A stretch of DNA of 64,000 bases from Candidatus Latescibacterota bacterium. Lineage in GTDB: Bacteria > Latescibacterota > UBA2968 > GCA-2709665. The stretch spans positions 3,264,001-3,328,000 of the forward strand of contig OZ242358.1 of the NCBI GenBank assembly GCA_965208835.1. The letters are read 5' to 3'. Under the pieces are notes generated by a model that saw only the letters and a program-made list of their open reading frames with translations, had not been told where the DNA came from and made no database searches. Made by a program: the position numbers and the translations under genes. Of this stretch, positions 50,119 through 60,409 are shown one piece after another. Within the stretch, counting starts at the first letter, position 1; every line of letters begins with the position of its first letter.

Positions 50119-51360
50119 CTATCGTGCAAACACCAGTATTGCATCGCATCGGCGGCGCTCCTTGCGAACGCCACCCCGGTGAATATCGGAATAACTATTC
50201 ACCACCTCTCCCCGGACCACCATCGTGCTGGATCCACCTCCGTCCAGGTTATAGGCATTGTACGCGCCAAGACCGGCAAGGAGATCCGTGAGCTCCGGAA
50301 GGGTCATCCCCATCGCCAGATTGGGCTGACGACCATCAGCGACGATCAGCCAAAGCGTGCTATTGTCCTTTGATATCCCTATCGCCGTCCTGGGATGTCT
50401 CAGGTCATAAAACCACGGCTCAAAGGACTCGGCGCTGTAATCAGTAAACCGCCGGCCATCTCGAATCAGCAGTGTCCCGGCGCTCGTATAGCTGCAATCT
50501 TCCAATGGAAGCGGGCTACCCGGATTCTCCCGGGAGATCAGCTGATGGCTGATCTTCGCCTTTGAACCCACCCGGGCGTGCTGCTTCAACCAGTCGGCAT
50601 ACTTGCCGGACCCGGAAAGGACGTATCCGTTGGAAGGGATGAGATTGGATCCGACATTGTCGCGGATGGCTGAAACCGTATCCTCCCGCACGATTGCCTC
50701 GACACCATTTCGGTCGGTGAGTGTACTTCGGTTCCACTCCGGTGTATAGAGGATGAGGTCATTCTTGTCGAGTTCTACTTTTTCGGCCCCTTCTTTATCC
50801 CATCCACGGACTTCGTTTCGCCTCCGGTTGATTCCGGTCACCTCGCTCTCTTCACTTTCATCCATTGTCACCGTTATACTCAACAGTGGTTCCGCGACGA
50901 TCATGGTCTGCCTGTCGTTCCTCGTACAGATTCCAACGCTCCTGCGACCGGGCGATCGCGGTTCGCTCAGGATCTTGCCATCCAGAACAAAGAACTCGCT
51001 TGGATCGCCGTGAAAGATGTTCCATGCATTGTTTGAAAAGGAGTATCCTGCATTCACGGCGACAAGGGCGTTGTATCTCCTTGCCATATCGCTTGTCGCC
51101 TCCTGCCCGATGATCTGATTCATCGCCATGACCATCTTCAATCGGTACTTCCGCAGGTCTATCTCCGCCACGTGGATGTTCTGGGGAAGACCCTCGCCGG
51201 TCGAGTCCGCAGAAATATGCGTTCGAACCACTCCGGGTGCGACCTCGGTCACCGTCGCTTCCACTTTGGCATTCAAGGGTGGAATCTCGTTCGCACCGAT
51301 TGTAAACCCGCTCGACAACAGTGCTGCCAACAACAGCTGGATGCTCGTTCGCTTGTTCAT
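50119..51360 (-). CDS. Phosphodiester glycosidase (NAGPA-like) protein
   Basis: AVNAGY, RHPRTAIG, DGRQ and NLDGGGSS. Signal peptide. Confidence 0.9.
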   Translation of the reverse strand: MNKRTSIQLLLAALLSSGFTIGANEIPPLNAKVEATVTEVAPGVVRTHISADSTGEGLPQNIHVAEIDLRKYRLKMVMAMNQIIGQEATSDMARRYNALVAVNAGYSFSNNAWNIFHGDPSEFFVLDGKILSEPRSPGRRSVGICTRNDRQTMIVAEPLLSITVTMDESEESEVTGINRRRNEVRGWDKEGAEKVELDKNDLILYTPEWNRSTLTDRNGVEAIVREDTVSAIRDNVGSNLIPSNGYVLSGSGKYADWLKQHARVGSKAKISHQLISRENPGSPLPLEDCSYTSAGTLLIRDGRRFTDYSAESFEPWFYDLRHPRTAIGISKDNSTLWLIVADGRQPNLAMGMTLPELTDLLAGLGAYNAYNLDGGGSSTMVVRGEVVNSYSDIHRGGVRKERRRCDAILVFAR

Positions 51361-51535
51361 CCCAATCTCCCAACTGAACGATCTACCAAAATTACCGTCT
51401 GTACACGTTCGCCGCGGTCCAGGACGCAACAATCATACGAGTTGCGACGGGTTCCTTTGAGGCACATTCACCACAGCATTTATACCTCGGGTATCCGTCG
51501 TGACTGAAAGGTCCGAAATGCTCCGTTCATATGTC

Positions 51536-51621
51536 TTCTAACGTTCTGTGGGGCTGCGAGCCTACGAAGTAGGTTGCTCGAGTGCGAGAACGCACCGTAA
51601 CTAGGCACAGGCGTGTTGTGC
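51536..51621 (-). other. attC-like recombination site
   Basis: Minus strand GCACAAC-acgcc-TGTG...internal hairpins...CACA-gaac-GTTAGAA, 12 bp after the GNAT stop. Confidence 0.5.
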
Positions 51622-51633
51622 GATGAGTTGACC

Positions 51634-52425
51634 TCAACAGCTTCCGTACTCCGGATCAGAGAAGGTTTGCACTCGATACCAATACCGGTATAACTCGCTG
51701 AAACCATACTTGCGTTGCAGAGCCAGAGCTGGCTCGTTGTTAGCCAACACCTGCAGGTATGCCAGACGGGCTCCCTGCTCAAATCCCCACTTTAGCCGTG
51801 CCTCAAGGAGCCGACGGCCAAAGCTCTGTCCCCGATGCTCGGGATCTACCAGCAAGTCAAAGAGACCTATGATTGAGCCCGAAACAACTGCGCGGGCGCA
51901 ACCTACGGATTTACCATCAGTCCGGGCGATAACATAGGCCGACGGAGTGGAGGTGGCGTTGAGCAGACTGCGAAATACCTCAGAGTGCTGATTGCGATCA
52001 GACAGACCTCTCCAGGTTTCGAACCACTCATCTGTTGCACATTCGTATAGCGATACGGCAGAGGAGCTATCGGGACTGGCCTCAAGTCGCTTGGTTTGAA
52101 CCAGCGTTTCGGCGTCACTGGAGTATTGACGCTGGGCCAATGTCTCGTCCAAATTCCCAGGTTTACAGGTTGGAAAAATCTTGAAAAGACAAGGTAGCGA
52201 TGCCCGCGCGTACGCAGCTTCACAATGAACCAGCTTCTCCTGGAGCTGGGTTGTGGATCCGTACAGCGGGACTACACAATTGGCACGGCGACTGTATCCC
52301 TCAGACATTCGAACGATCCAGCCGTCGTAGAACTCTGTTTGCAACGCGGGTAGCCCGTTCAACGCGGCCTCTTCCAGCGTTGCGACGAGCTCTGTGTTGT
52401 TCGTTGAATCAATAGCGTTCGTCAT
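51634..52425 (-). CDS. GNAT acetyltransferase
   Basis: GYSRRANCV, VDPEHRGQSFG and AYLQV. Confidence 0.88.
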   Translation of the reverse strand: MTNAIDSTNNTELVATLEEAALNGLPALQTEFYDGWIVRMSEGYSRRANCVVPLYGSTTQLQEKLVHCEAAYARASLPCLFKIFPTCKPGNLDETLAQRQYSSDAETLVQTKRLEASPDSSSAVSLYECATDEWFETWRGLSDRNQHSEVFRSLLNATSTPSAYVIARTDGKSVGCARAVVSGSIIGLFDLLVDPEHRGQSFGRRLLEARLKWGFEQGARLAYLQVLANNEPALALQRKYGFSELYRYWYRVQTFSDPEYGSC

Positions 52426-52608
52426 AGGAATAACATCACGCCAGTTTGCAAACCTGCGAATGTGGGTTGCCGAGGGCCAGGCGCCGACAGGCGCGGAGCT
52501 CAAATTGCTGCGCGGCAGGATGTGGAATACTCTGCGTCTGATTGAACATACTTGGTTTCATTTGTACCCAGCCATTCGGTCGAATGCGTCCCAACAAGGG
52601 GTGCGGTT

Positions 52609-53511
52609 TCAGGCATTCGTAACCGTTTCAAGGTCGCGACACGCTTTCAGCAAAGCCTCTTGAATGTTCAGAAACTCCAGATACCCGTGTGGCATTGGAT
52701 ACCTGGCGCTGTCGAACGGCTTAAACGGATCTATGATCTTCTGCCTTGCAAAGGCGTAGAGCGCTTTCTGGTGCTCTGTCGCCTCTGGCGCCCGATCAAA
52801 GGAGATTCCACAATTATTGCGCCACAATCGAGAATCAACCGTATCGGCCATCGCCTGAATTCGCGAGTCTCGATTCTCGAACTTCGAGTTCAGGAAGTTG
52901 GACAGTCTCCCGGCCTGCACGTGTGGTTTTCGCCCGACATCTTCGTATCCAACAAAAAGCCGGTGCGCAGCGTCTTCGGTGTGGCGCAGGATCAGCGTCA
53001 TCATGTGCTGCCAGCGCAGCAGATTCATCGCCACGAACGAAAGCCGCACTTTCAAATTGGACGGCATGATGAACTTCTGCCACGACACGGCTGTATCCAG
53101 AGGGTGGCGAACTGTGATTATATAAATCGCATCTCCCCATATCTGTTTGAAAAACGGGAGATAATGACAGAGCGCAGGATCCTTCCAGAACCAGGGGCCG
53201 CCCTCGTCCATCTCTGACATCAGGGCAGCGGCTTTTGTTCGATACTCCGGGTCAGAAGCATAATTTCCGATTCGATGTTGAAAGTCACGGTCCCACCAAG
53301 TCGCCCCGGAAGCAAAATCCCCTAACTCGGCCAAAAAATCCCATAACGGCAGGTATTCCCAATAGCCGCGGGGCGCATGCGCATCTGCCGCGTGCAGCTT
53401 TTCCGAAGCGCCTGCATACGCGCCCCATGTGTGCACCATCTCGGCAACCACGGATGTCCCGCTCCGCTCGACACCAAGTACGATAATAGGTTGGCTTTCA
53501 GAGCAGGTCAT
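52609..53511 (-). CDS. Sulfotransferase family protein
   Basis: LGVERSGTS, WKDP and VRHPLDTAVS. Confidence 0.85.
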   Translation of the reverse strand: MTCSESQPIIVLGVERSGTSVVAEMVHTWGAYAGASEKLHAADAHAPRGYWEYLPLWDFLAELGDFASGATWWDRDFQHRIGNYASDPEYRTKAAALMSEMDEGGPWFWKDPALCHYLPFFKQIWGDAIYIITVRHPLDTAVSWQKFIMPSNLKVRLSFVAMNLLRWQHMMTLILRHTEDAAHRLFVGYEDVGRKPHVQAGRLSNFLNSKFENRDSRIQAMADTVDSRLWRNNCGISFDRAPEATEHQKALYAFARQKIIDPFKPFDSARYPMPHGYLEFLNIQEALLKACRDLETVTNA

Positions 53512-53639
53512 TTCGAGTGCCCTTGTGGACTTCCGCCAATGACGCATTACGTTTAGCCGCGCACGAATCCAGGCGTGGTGACGTCCAGGCGCCGCGTCGC
53601 CGAATCAGGGAACGAGCGTACCTGTTGAAGTCAAGGTCT

Positions 53640-54383
53640 TCAGGCCGCGGTCAGCAGGATAGGGCGGCCATCGGTAATGACAACGGTATGCTCATAATGA
53701 GCCGAGAGAGATCCGTTCGAGGTTCTCATGGTCCAACCGTCGCTGTCTTCAACCGCCCGGGCCGGATTCTCGGCAATCAGTGGCTCGATCGTGATCACAA
53801 GACCATTCGTAAGCGGCGTCGAATCGAGCGGATTATAGGTATTGGCAACGATGGGGTCTTCATGGATGACGCGACCGACTCCATGCCCCGTAAGCCCACT
53901 GACAACCCGGAATCCTTGTCGCGTCACCTCTCGCTCTACGGCACGGCCGATGCAATTGATCGGTTCGCCCGCACGGGCTACGGCCACCGCCTCTTCGAAT
54001 GCCGTGCGGGCGCACCGGCACAATCTGACCGCTTTCGGGGAGCATGGAGGAATCGGGATGGTTATTGCTGCATCTGCAATGTAGCCGTTCAGTTCCGCGG
54101 TGACATCCAGGCTTACAATGTCACCCTCTTCAAGCACTCGATCACCCGGAATACCGTGGACGATTTCGTCATTGACGCTGATAAGATTGACGCCGGGAAA
54201 ACCGTAAAATAACCGGGGTGCGGACGTTGCGCCGTACCGCTCGAGCACCAACTCGCCGGCGCGGTCGACGTCCGATGTGGTTACTCCGGCGCGGACGGAA
54301 CCCGCCATTTCCCTCAACGTGGCGGCAACCACCTGCCCGGCCTTCGCGAGGCCTTCGAAATCTTCACGACATTCTATCGACAA
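53640..54383 (-). CDS. map: Type I methionyl aminopeptidase
   Basis: SVNDEIVHGIP, D..D metal ligands, GHGVG..HEDP, TIEP and SAHYEHT. Confidence 0.92.
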   Translation of the reverse strand: MSIECREDFEGLAKAGQVVAATLREMAGSVRAGVTTSDVDRAGELVLERYGATSAPRLFYGFPGVNLISVNDEIVHGIPGDRVLEEGDIVSLDVTAELNGYIADAAITIPIPPCSPKAVRLCRCARTAFEEAVAVARAGEPINCIGRAVEREVTRQGFRVVSGLTGHGVGRVIHEDPIVANTYNPLDSTPLTNGLVITIEPLIAENPARAVEDSDGWTMRTSNGSLSAHYEHTVVITDGRPILLTAA

Positions 54384-54403
54384 CGACCGACTCCCTTTGA
54401 ATG

Positions 54404-54459
54404 GTATAACTCTCAATAGTGATTTACGCCGAAGGATGGCGTCTACGATGGTGTTCGCC
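54404..54459 (-). other. attC-like site (degenerate, short)
   Basis: GGCGAAC...ACGCC/GGCGT stem...GTTATAC, just upstream of the map RBS. Confidence 0.35.
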
Positions 54460-54521
54460 GAGGTCGTGAAGGGGCGGGATCTTCCACTCAGCGATGCCGA
54501 ATGGGCGCCAAGAGGAACCAA

Positions 54522-55301
54522 TCAGCCTCTTTCTTTGAGTATCGGAGCCGTCAGATCGGATAGCCGTTTGCGTTGGTTGCCCGCTTCGTCAAAGTTCGAC
54601 GGGTCCAGCCAGATTTCAAAGGCCTTTCGCAAAGCAGGCCATTCGGAGTCAATAGCGGCAAACCAGGAGGTGTCCCGGTTTCGTCCGTTATAAACCTTGG
54701 CATTTCGAAACACGCCTTCATACGACAATCCGAGCCGTTCAGCAGCAGCTCGAGAAGCAACATTGAGACTATCACATTTCCACGAGTATCGTCGGAATCC
54801 AAGGTCAAACGCATGCCGCATCATGAGATACATTGCCTCTGTGGCGGCTGGTGTCCGTTTCAAACGCCCGGGGAAGTAGAGATGTCCAACCTCAATGCAG
54901 CCATTCAGCAGGTCGATATTCACGTAACTTGCTAAACCGAGAACCTTGCCCACGCTGCTGGGCCTTATTGCGAAGAAGAGAGGATCGCTCTGGAGACACC
55001 CGGAGAGCCAGTGACGGTAATCCTCGAAACTCTCGAACGGCCCATAGGCGAGGTACGTCCAACTGGCTCCATCTTCATCCGATGAAATTGCGTTGTAGAG
55101 TTCGCACGAGTGCTCGTCCAGATTCAAGGGCTCTAGACGGCAGTACCGGCCCTCCATGACTTCCCTGGCAGGAGGCCGACACGGTTCCCAATCTGGAATC
55201 GGAAATCCAATGGGTAGTCCTTGATCACTAAAAAACGAGCTCAATGGGTCGAGGATCCTTTCTCTGAGTTTTCGTTTTCGCGTGCGTTGAAGCTCAGTCA
55301 A
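54522..55301 (-). CDS. GNAT acetyltransferase (RimJ/RimL-like)
   Basis: GRYCRLEPL, EVGH, WKCDSLN and GRNRDTSWF. Confidence 0.9.
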   Translation of the reverse strand: MTELQRTRKRKLRERILDPLSSFFSDQGLPIGFPIPDWEPCRPPAREVMEGRYCRLEPLNLDEHSCELYNAISSDEDGASWTYLAYGPFESFEDYRHWLSGCLQSDPLFFAIRPSSVGKVLGLASYVNIDLLNGCIEVGHLYFPGRLKRTPAATEAMYLMMRHAFDLGFRRYSWKCDSLNVASRAAAERLGLSYEGVFRNAKVYNGRNRDTSWFAAIDSEWPALRKAFEIWLDPSNFDEAGNQRKRLSDLTAPILKERG

Positions 55302-55423
55302 CTGGGATATAACGCTCTCACAGGCCGCGAATATGCAGGGTTAGGCAATCTGAGAGAGACGAATGTCCGAAGCCGCCGCCAGAAGAGTGATAGGCTGTGC
55401 GTCCTGGCATCAGGACGAACCCT

Positions 55424-55852
55424 TCAATTTTCGGCGATTCCTATTGCCGCCCTGACGCGACCGAAAAGTCGAGGCTGTATTTGGGGATACGTCAGGTTAT
55501 CTGGAAGATCTGAAAGGAAGGCAAGCTCTTCGATTTCAGAATGCGGATTTTCAGCCATTTCGGTCACAACGGCATAGAAGAGTCTCCCGTGGTCGATGTT
55601 CCCGTCATGTTCTACCGAGTAACTGCAGACCTCCCGGATTTCCCAAGCGCACGCTCCGGTTTCCTCGGATAGTTCTCTCGTGGCAGCCGCCAGGGGTGTT
55701 TCCTCTGGCTCGATATGTCCGCCAGGAATCTCCCAGCTTTCACGATCTTTGTGCCTGCAAAAAATCCACTTTCCACCGGTCTGAGCGGCGATTGCCACGT
55801 AGGTTAGATTTGCATCTGGAACGTCCCCCGATTCGTGGAACGAGATGGTCAA
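55424..55852 (-). CDS. NUDIX hydrolase
   Basis: PGGHIEPEETPLAAATRELSEETG. Confidence 0.9.
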   Translation of the reverse strand: MTISFHESGDVPDANLTYVAIAAQTGGKWIFCRHKDRESWEIPGGHIEPEETPLAAATRELSEETGACAWEIREVCSYSVEHDGNIDHGRLFYAVVTEMAENPHSEIEELAFLSDLPDNLTYPQIQPRLFGRVRAAIGIAEN

Positions 55853-56040
55853 GTCCCAAAGTCTCCCTATATGTCAGACAGGCGTAGTCACATTGGAGGT
55901 GTTGGTGAAAACGCCGGAACGTAGCAAAGGATAAGATTAATCATGACAAAGGCAGCCCCTAATGCGGCTCAGCGCAGGCTCCCCCGCCCGAGTGGGTTTG
56001 GATCTGTGATTCGACCACGCGACTTTCACACAGCGAAACT

Positions 56041-56871
56041 TCAGGGCTGTCGACCATCGACGTCTTTAATCCCATACTCTCGGGCTAAATCGGGGACCTC
56101 CAGATATGGTCTCACGTCGACCTTGCTCATCACCTCCGGGTCTGCAGCCAACGCCGCTATCGCCCGGCCGTCGTATACTGGCGTAAACGTCTTCTCCAGG
56201 TCTTCAGGTCGGGTGTTCACGTCAGGCACCCAGGTTCGCATGTATTGGTGTTCGTCGCCAAGCGACAACAGGATAGCTGCTATTCCGTTCTCCCGACACT
56301 CTTCTGCCATACCATGCGTCATTCTGTATATCGCGGACTTGAACGTGTCATAGAACAGATTCGAGTGGAACTTGCTGTCCGGATTGATCCCACTGGTGGT
56401 GTTGACGATCAGACCGTGTCCCTGCTCCAGCATGATCGAAATTGCGCCCCGAGCAGCCGTCATATGGGATCTCAATCCGGCTCCGTGCATGAGTTCCCAC
56501 TGTCGTATCAGAAGCTCCCAGAACAGTTTACGCCCCCAGAATCCATCGCCCATCTCGTAGCCGCCCCAGGCGTTGTTCACGAGCAAATCCAGCCTTCCTT
56601 GTTCGCTCTTTACTCGAATGAAGAGTTCCTCAACCTGCTCATCCATCGTGTGATCTACCCGGACAGGAATCCCCTCGCCACCCCCGTGAGTCACCGTTTC
56701 AGCCGTGTCTTCAATGGTTTCGCTGGGGATGTCCGTGGTCTGGTTCCCGCGGATGCTGCGTCCCGTCACGTATACAGTCGCGCCTGCCTCGCCGAGCGCT
56801 GTGGCAATGCCCTTCCCCCCTCCGCGGCTTGCTCCGGTCACGACGGCTACTTTGTTTGCCAACGTCTTCAT
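56041..56871 (-). CDS. Short-chain dehydrogenase/reductase
   Basis: TGASRGGG, LVNNA and YDTFK (YxxxK). Confidence 0.9.
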   Translation of the reverse strand: MKTLANKVAVVTGASRGGGKGIATALGEAGATVYVTGRSIRGNQTTDIPSETIEDTAETVTHGGGEGIPVRVDHTMDEQVEELFIRVKSEQGRLDLLVNNAWGGYEMGDGFWGRKLFWELLIRQWELMHGAGLRSHMTAARGAISIMLEQGHGLIVNTTSGINPDSKFHSNLFYDTFKSAIYRMTHGMAEECRENGIAAILLSLGDEHQYMRTWVPDVNTRPEDLEKTFTPVYDGRAIAALAADPEVMSKVDVRPYLEVPDLAREYGIKDVDGRQP

Positions 56872-57045
56872 CTTCCGGATGTCCTGTCCCTTATCTCACT
56901 GACCCATAACGATCCGCTCTACAGAAGCAGATTTGCCCTGGTCAATCTGTCATCCGCACCTTTGCGGGCCCCGTAAGCAAAGCCGCCGCGAGAACCTGGC
57001 AGAATGCAGCCGCCGGCAGCGTGAAAGGCATTGAACGCGGCAGGC

Positions 57046-58260
57046 TCAAGCGCGCAGGCGCTCGAGGCATTCCTCATACGCTTCGAAGCGCTCGCCTTCG
57101 CGCTCCTCGGGATCTACCTTTTTGAGGAACAACGCGCTGCCCGGTTTCTTTCCGGTAAACTCGCGGTGGCTTCTGATGTGCGCCGGGTTCTCACCGCTCC
57201 ACTTGACCTCGCCATCCTGCAGATACACGAAATTCCCGCCGTGTTCCTCGATCATCGATTGCATTCGATCGCGATAGAAGAGTCCCTGTTCGCAAGCCGT
57301 TTCCCTCACCGTGGCCATGATTTCAGGTGGATCTTCCTCCTCAGAGTCAAACTCGTTCAGTGGACCCTCGACCTCACTCTCGAAGTCGATTTCGTCGAGA
57401 TCCACCGTCCCGAATCCGCTCTGCGCCGCGACGAGCAGATGGTTGCGGTCGCGGCGGAATGGCGGCGTGGGCCAATCGGACGCCGGATCGTGCCCCATCA
57501 GGCTCGCGCCCACCGCGTCGGTGGCGATGATCTGGTCGCCCGCGATGAGGGTGTTACACACGCGTCCCTCGCCGTCCCACTCACGACCCCACTGACCGGT
57601 CGTGGCGTCGATGACATTGAGACACGGATTGGTAATGCGCGCCAGATCGGGGAGTACGTAGGACAGCCGGATCGCGTGGTGGAAATAGGTGCGCACGCGA
57701 CCCTCCGGCGGGATCGTGGGCGTGAGGCCGAACAGGTTCTTTGTGCAAAGCGTGACGCCCATGAAGAGATGGTTCTTCATCTTCGCGACGGAGACGGCCT
57801 CATCCGCTTCGCTGAAGCACCGGCTGAGTGTGTAGCGCTGGAACATGCAGCCGCCTCCGGGCACGTCATACTCGGCGAAGGGCGGATAATTCGACTCCGC
57901 GTGTTCCACGTCGAATTCCTCGAGCAACGGAAGGTAGTTGAAGTAGTCCGTCGCGGCCCCGGACGCGTCCCGGCAGAACGTATCGGCGGCGACAAGTGAC
58001 GCCGAGGTCCGCTCGCGCAGGAGGCGGAGGACAGCTCGACAGACGGAATCGTCGACGAGCTCTCGTCGGCGGCCTTCGAAGTGAACCACATTCGTATGCC
58101 CCATGTTGAACTTGAGCGCGATGCGGCCCGCCTTTTCCAGCTTCTCCCAGGAGCGCGCCAGGGGGGCGGTCGCCCGTACCAGGTTCTCGTAGACCTCCTC
58201 GTCGGAAGCCCGGTGATCGCACTCTACTGCACGAACGCTGAATTCACGGTCCATTTCCAT
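57046..58260 (-). CDS. DUF362-domain protein
   Basis: KMKNH..GVTLCTKNLFG and IATDAV. Confidence 0.8.
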   Translation of the reverse strand: MEMDREFSVRAVECDHRASDEEVYENLVRATAPLARSWEKLEKAGRIALKFNMGHTNVVHFEGRRRELVDDSVCRAVLRLLRERTSASLVAADTFCRDASGAATDYFNYLPLLEEFDVEHAESNYPPFAEYDVPGGGCMFQRYTLSRCFSEADEAVSVAKMKNHLFMGVTLCTKNLFGLTPTIPPEGRVRTYFHHAIRLSYVLPDLARITNPCLNVIDATTGQWGREWDGEGRVCNTLIAGDQIIATDAVGASLMGHDPASDWPTPPFRRDRNHLLVAAQSGFGTVDLDEIDFESEVEGPLNEFDSEEEDPPEIMATVRETACEQGLFYRDRMQSMIEEHGGNFVYLQDGEVKWSGENPAHIRSHREFTGKKPGSALFLKKVDPEEREGERFEAYEECLERLRA

Positions 58261-58345
58261 TCTCTCCTTGTGTTATTCCGGCCTGACGCATGAAATTGAA
58301 AAAGCCGCAGCCCGTCGTGTCAGGCAGTCCTTCGGGTGCTACTTC

Positions 58346-59305
58346 CTATTCGAGGAGTTTCAGCGCGGTCGTCCGGTCCCAGCCTCCTGGCGTCGGACCC
58401 TGGTATGCGGCGAGGATTTCCAACACCCTGGCGAGGGAGTGTAGTTTCAGAACCAGCTCCTGTTCGATACTCAGCGGTCGGTAGGTCCGCCAGAAGCGTT
58501 CTGCCAATTCTGGTGTCTTTAGGAAAACGCTCAGATACAGATCCCTCGAGTCGGTGAATGCAGGTGCAAACGCAGCATTTTCGAAATCCAGAACCGCTAC
58601 CAGATTAAGGGTCTCCGGATCGACACGAAGATTATGCAACTGAAAGTCATGATGGACAAGAGCATCGACTTCCGCTGCCCCCAAAGTCTCGGCTTGGTCG
58701 GTCCAGAGCGCAATGCAGCGATCGAGGATGTCTTTTCCCAGCCAGCCTTGCTTCCGGAGGTCCCCGATTGCCCGCTGGAATCGGTTCTCCTCGGACTTCC
58801 GCCACTCGCTTCCAGTCATCGGGTTACCGAGAATGGCGACGATATTCGGACCGACAGGAGTCGAGTGGAGGTCATGCATTTGAGACGCGCATTGCGTAAG
58901 GATCTTCTCCTTGTCTTCGAAACCAATCTCGCTCCACACCCGGTCGCCATCGACGCCACCCGCGTATTCTATGAGAGCATGGGGATAAGCGACAACGGCG
59001 TCGCCGGATGAGACGTGGATCCAGTCAGGCGTGGGCACCGCAGATTCGCGCTGGACAATTCTGACAACCCCCTCTTCCCTTCGCATTACGTCGTCGTCTG
59101 AACATCTGACCCAGACCTTCAACACAATCAAGTGGCGACCGGGCAATTCCAGCAAGAAGATCGCGTTCACCTCGCCACGCCTCAATCGGCGGATCGAGGT
59201 CGGTTCCGGGATGCCGGCCTTTAAACAAATGGCCCGCGCGATTGGAAGCGAAAGATCATAATCGACGAATTCCCGGTATGTCAGGAGTGGTTTTGGAGCA
59301 GTCAT
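58346..59305 (-). CDS. Aminoglycoside phosphotransferase-like kinase
   Basis: GEVN, VLKV, LVHHDFQLHNL and LDFE. Confidence 0.82.
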   Translation of the reverse strand: MTAPKPLLTYREFVDYDLSLPIARAICLKAGIPEPTSIRRLRRGEVNAIFLLELPGRHLIVLKVWVRCSDDDVMRREEGVVRIVQRESAVPTPDWIHVSSGDAVVAYPHALIEYAGGVDGDRVWSEIGFEDKEKILTQCASQMHDLHSTPVGPNIVAILGNPMTGSEWRKSEENRFQRAIGDLRKQGWLGKDILDRCIALWTDQAETLGAAEVDALVHHDFQLHNLRVDPETLNLVAVLDFENAAFAPAFTDSRDLYLSVFLKTPELAERFWRTYRPLSIEQELVLKLHSLARVLEILAAYQGPTPGGWDRTTALKLLE

Positions 59306-59330
59306 AGGCAAGCGGGAAATGGTCCAACAA

Positions 59331-59702
59331 TCACCTCGACCAATCACTGTCGTAGGCCGCACGAAAATTCAACGGTGGCGATGTGACTGACATGTAGACA
59401 AAGGTCTGGGTACCGGAATTGACAAACCCGTGAAGGTCACCTTCCTCAAACCGAACAACGTCACCTTCAGCGAATCTCGCTACCTCACCGTTATCCAGAA
59501 GCAGATTTCCGGAACCCTGTAAGGCAATCCATATCTGTTCCGATGCGCTATGTCGATGCGGAGGATTCTTGCCGCCAGGAGGGACCATGACCTGTGTAAT
59601 CGTAACCCTCTGCGACGATGAGTTCTCTGGAAACAGCAGTTGTCGAGATTCAATCCCAAAATTGATGAACACCTGGATGTCCGAGGAACGAATCAGTTCC
59701 AT
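59331..59702 (-). CDS. Cupin domain protein
   Basis: PHRHSASEQ and HGFVN. Confidence 0.88.
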   Translation of the reverse strand: MELIRSSDIQVFINFGIESRQLLFPENSSSQRVTITQVMVPPGGKNPPHRHSASEQIWIALQGSGNLLLDNGEVARFAEGDVVRFEEGDLHGFVNSGTQTFVYMSVTSPPLNFRAAYDSDWSR

Positions 59703-59727
59703 ATCGAATCCTTCTCAACCATTTTTC

Positions 59728-59833
59728 GGCGAACATTATGTTGGCTTGCGACTCGCTTAGCTGGTTGCCGATGCGCAAGGCGACTGACGAGTGGCGCACA
59801 CGGCTCTGAACATCAATTGGACGTGTGTTCTAC
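59728..59833 (-). other. attC-like site (degenerate)
   Basis: The NUDIX stop TAG is embedded in GTAGAAC. The element ends GTTCGCC just before the cupin RBS. Confidence 0.4.
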
Positions 59834-60270
59834 TTGTGTGTTTCTATTGACTTTATCAGTAAGCCAATCTTGTCGTCGTATCCGGCAACAAGCCTGGGAA
59901 GTGTTTTGATTTCAGCCCAAAAGAAATCGAACGGATGGATAAGAGATCCGTCCTCCGAATGCTCTCCGTAACGCCACGTTTCTTCTGTTGGCCCTTCCAC
60001 AGACAGATGGTAGAACCAGCGATGTTGCAGTTCATCGCTCCCGCAAAACCTCATGTCCATTGTATCCCGCGCAAGGAATCGCACATATCTGAGCGCGGTC
60101 AATCCCGTCTCCTCTTCTGCTTCTCGCATCACCGCACCCCGAGGATTCTCTCCCGGCTCAATCGTCCCCGCGGGAACCTGAATGCCGGCTTCCGAAGACC
60201 CGGGTTGCGTAAAGAGGAGTAGCCGGCTCCCATTGGTGATATATGCGTAAGCTCTGTGACGGGTTTTCAT
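59830..60270 (-). CDS. NUDIX hydrolase
   Basis: PAGTIEPGENPRGAVMREAEEETGL. Confidence 0.9.
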   Translation of the reverse strand: MKTRHRAYAYITNGSRLLLFTQPGSSEAGIQVPAGTIEPGENPRGAVMREAEEETGLTALRYVRFLARDTMDMRFCGSDELQHRWFYHLSVEGPTEETWRYGEHSEDGSLIHPFDFFWAEIKTLPRLVAGYDDKIGLLIKSIETHK

Positions 60271-60409
60271 TGGTGACGGAGTTCTTGAGACCCAGGTCTC
60301 TTATGAGCTACAAAATACTCGACACCCCCGAAGCCGGAGGTGCCGTGTTAACCGATGTGGAGGTCTGCCGGATCACGGTAGAGTTCAAATCGCAACAACC
60401 GCGCCCTGG

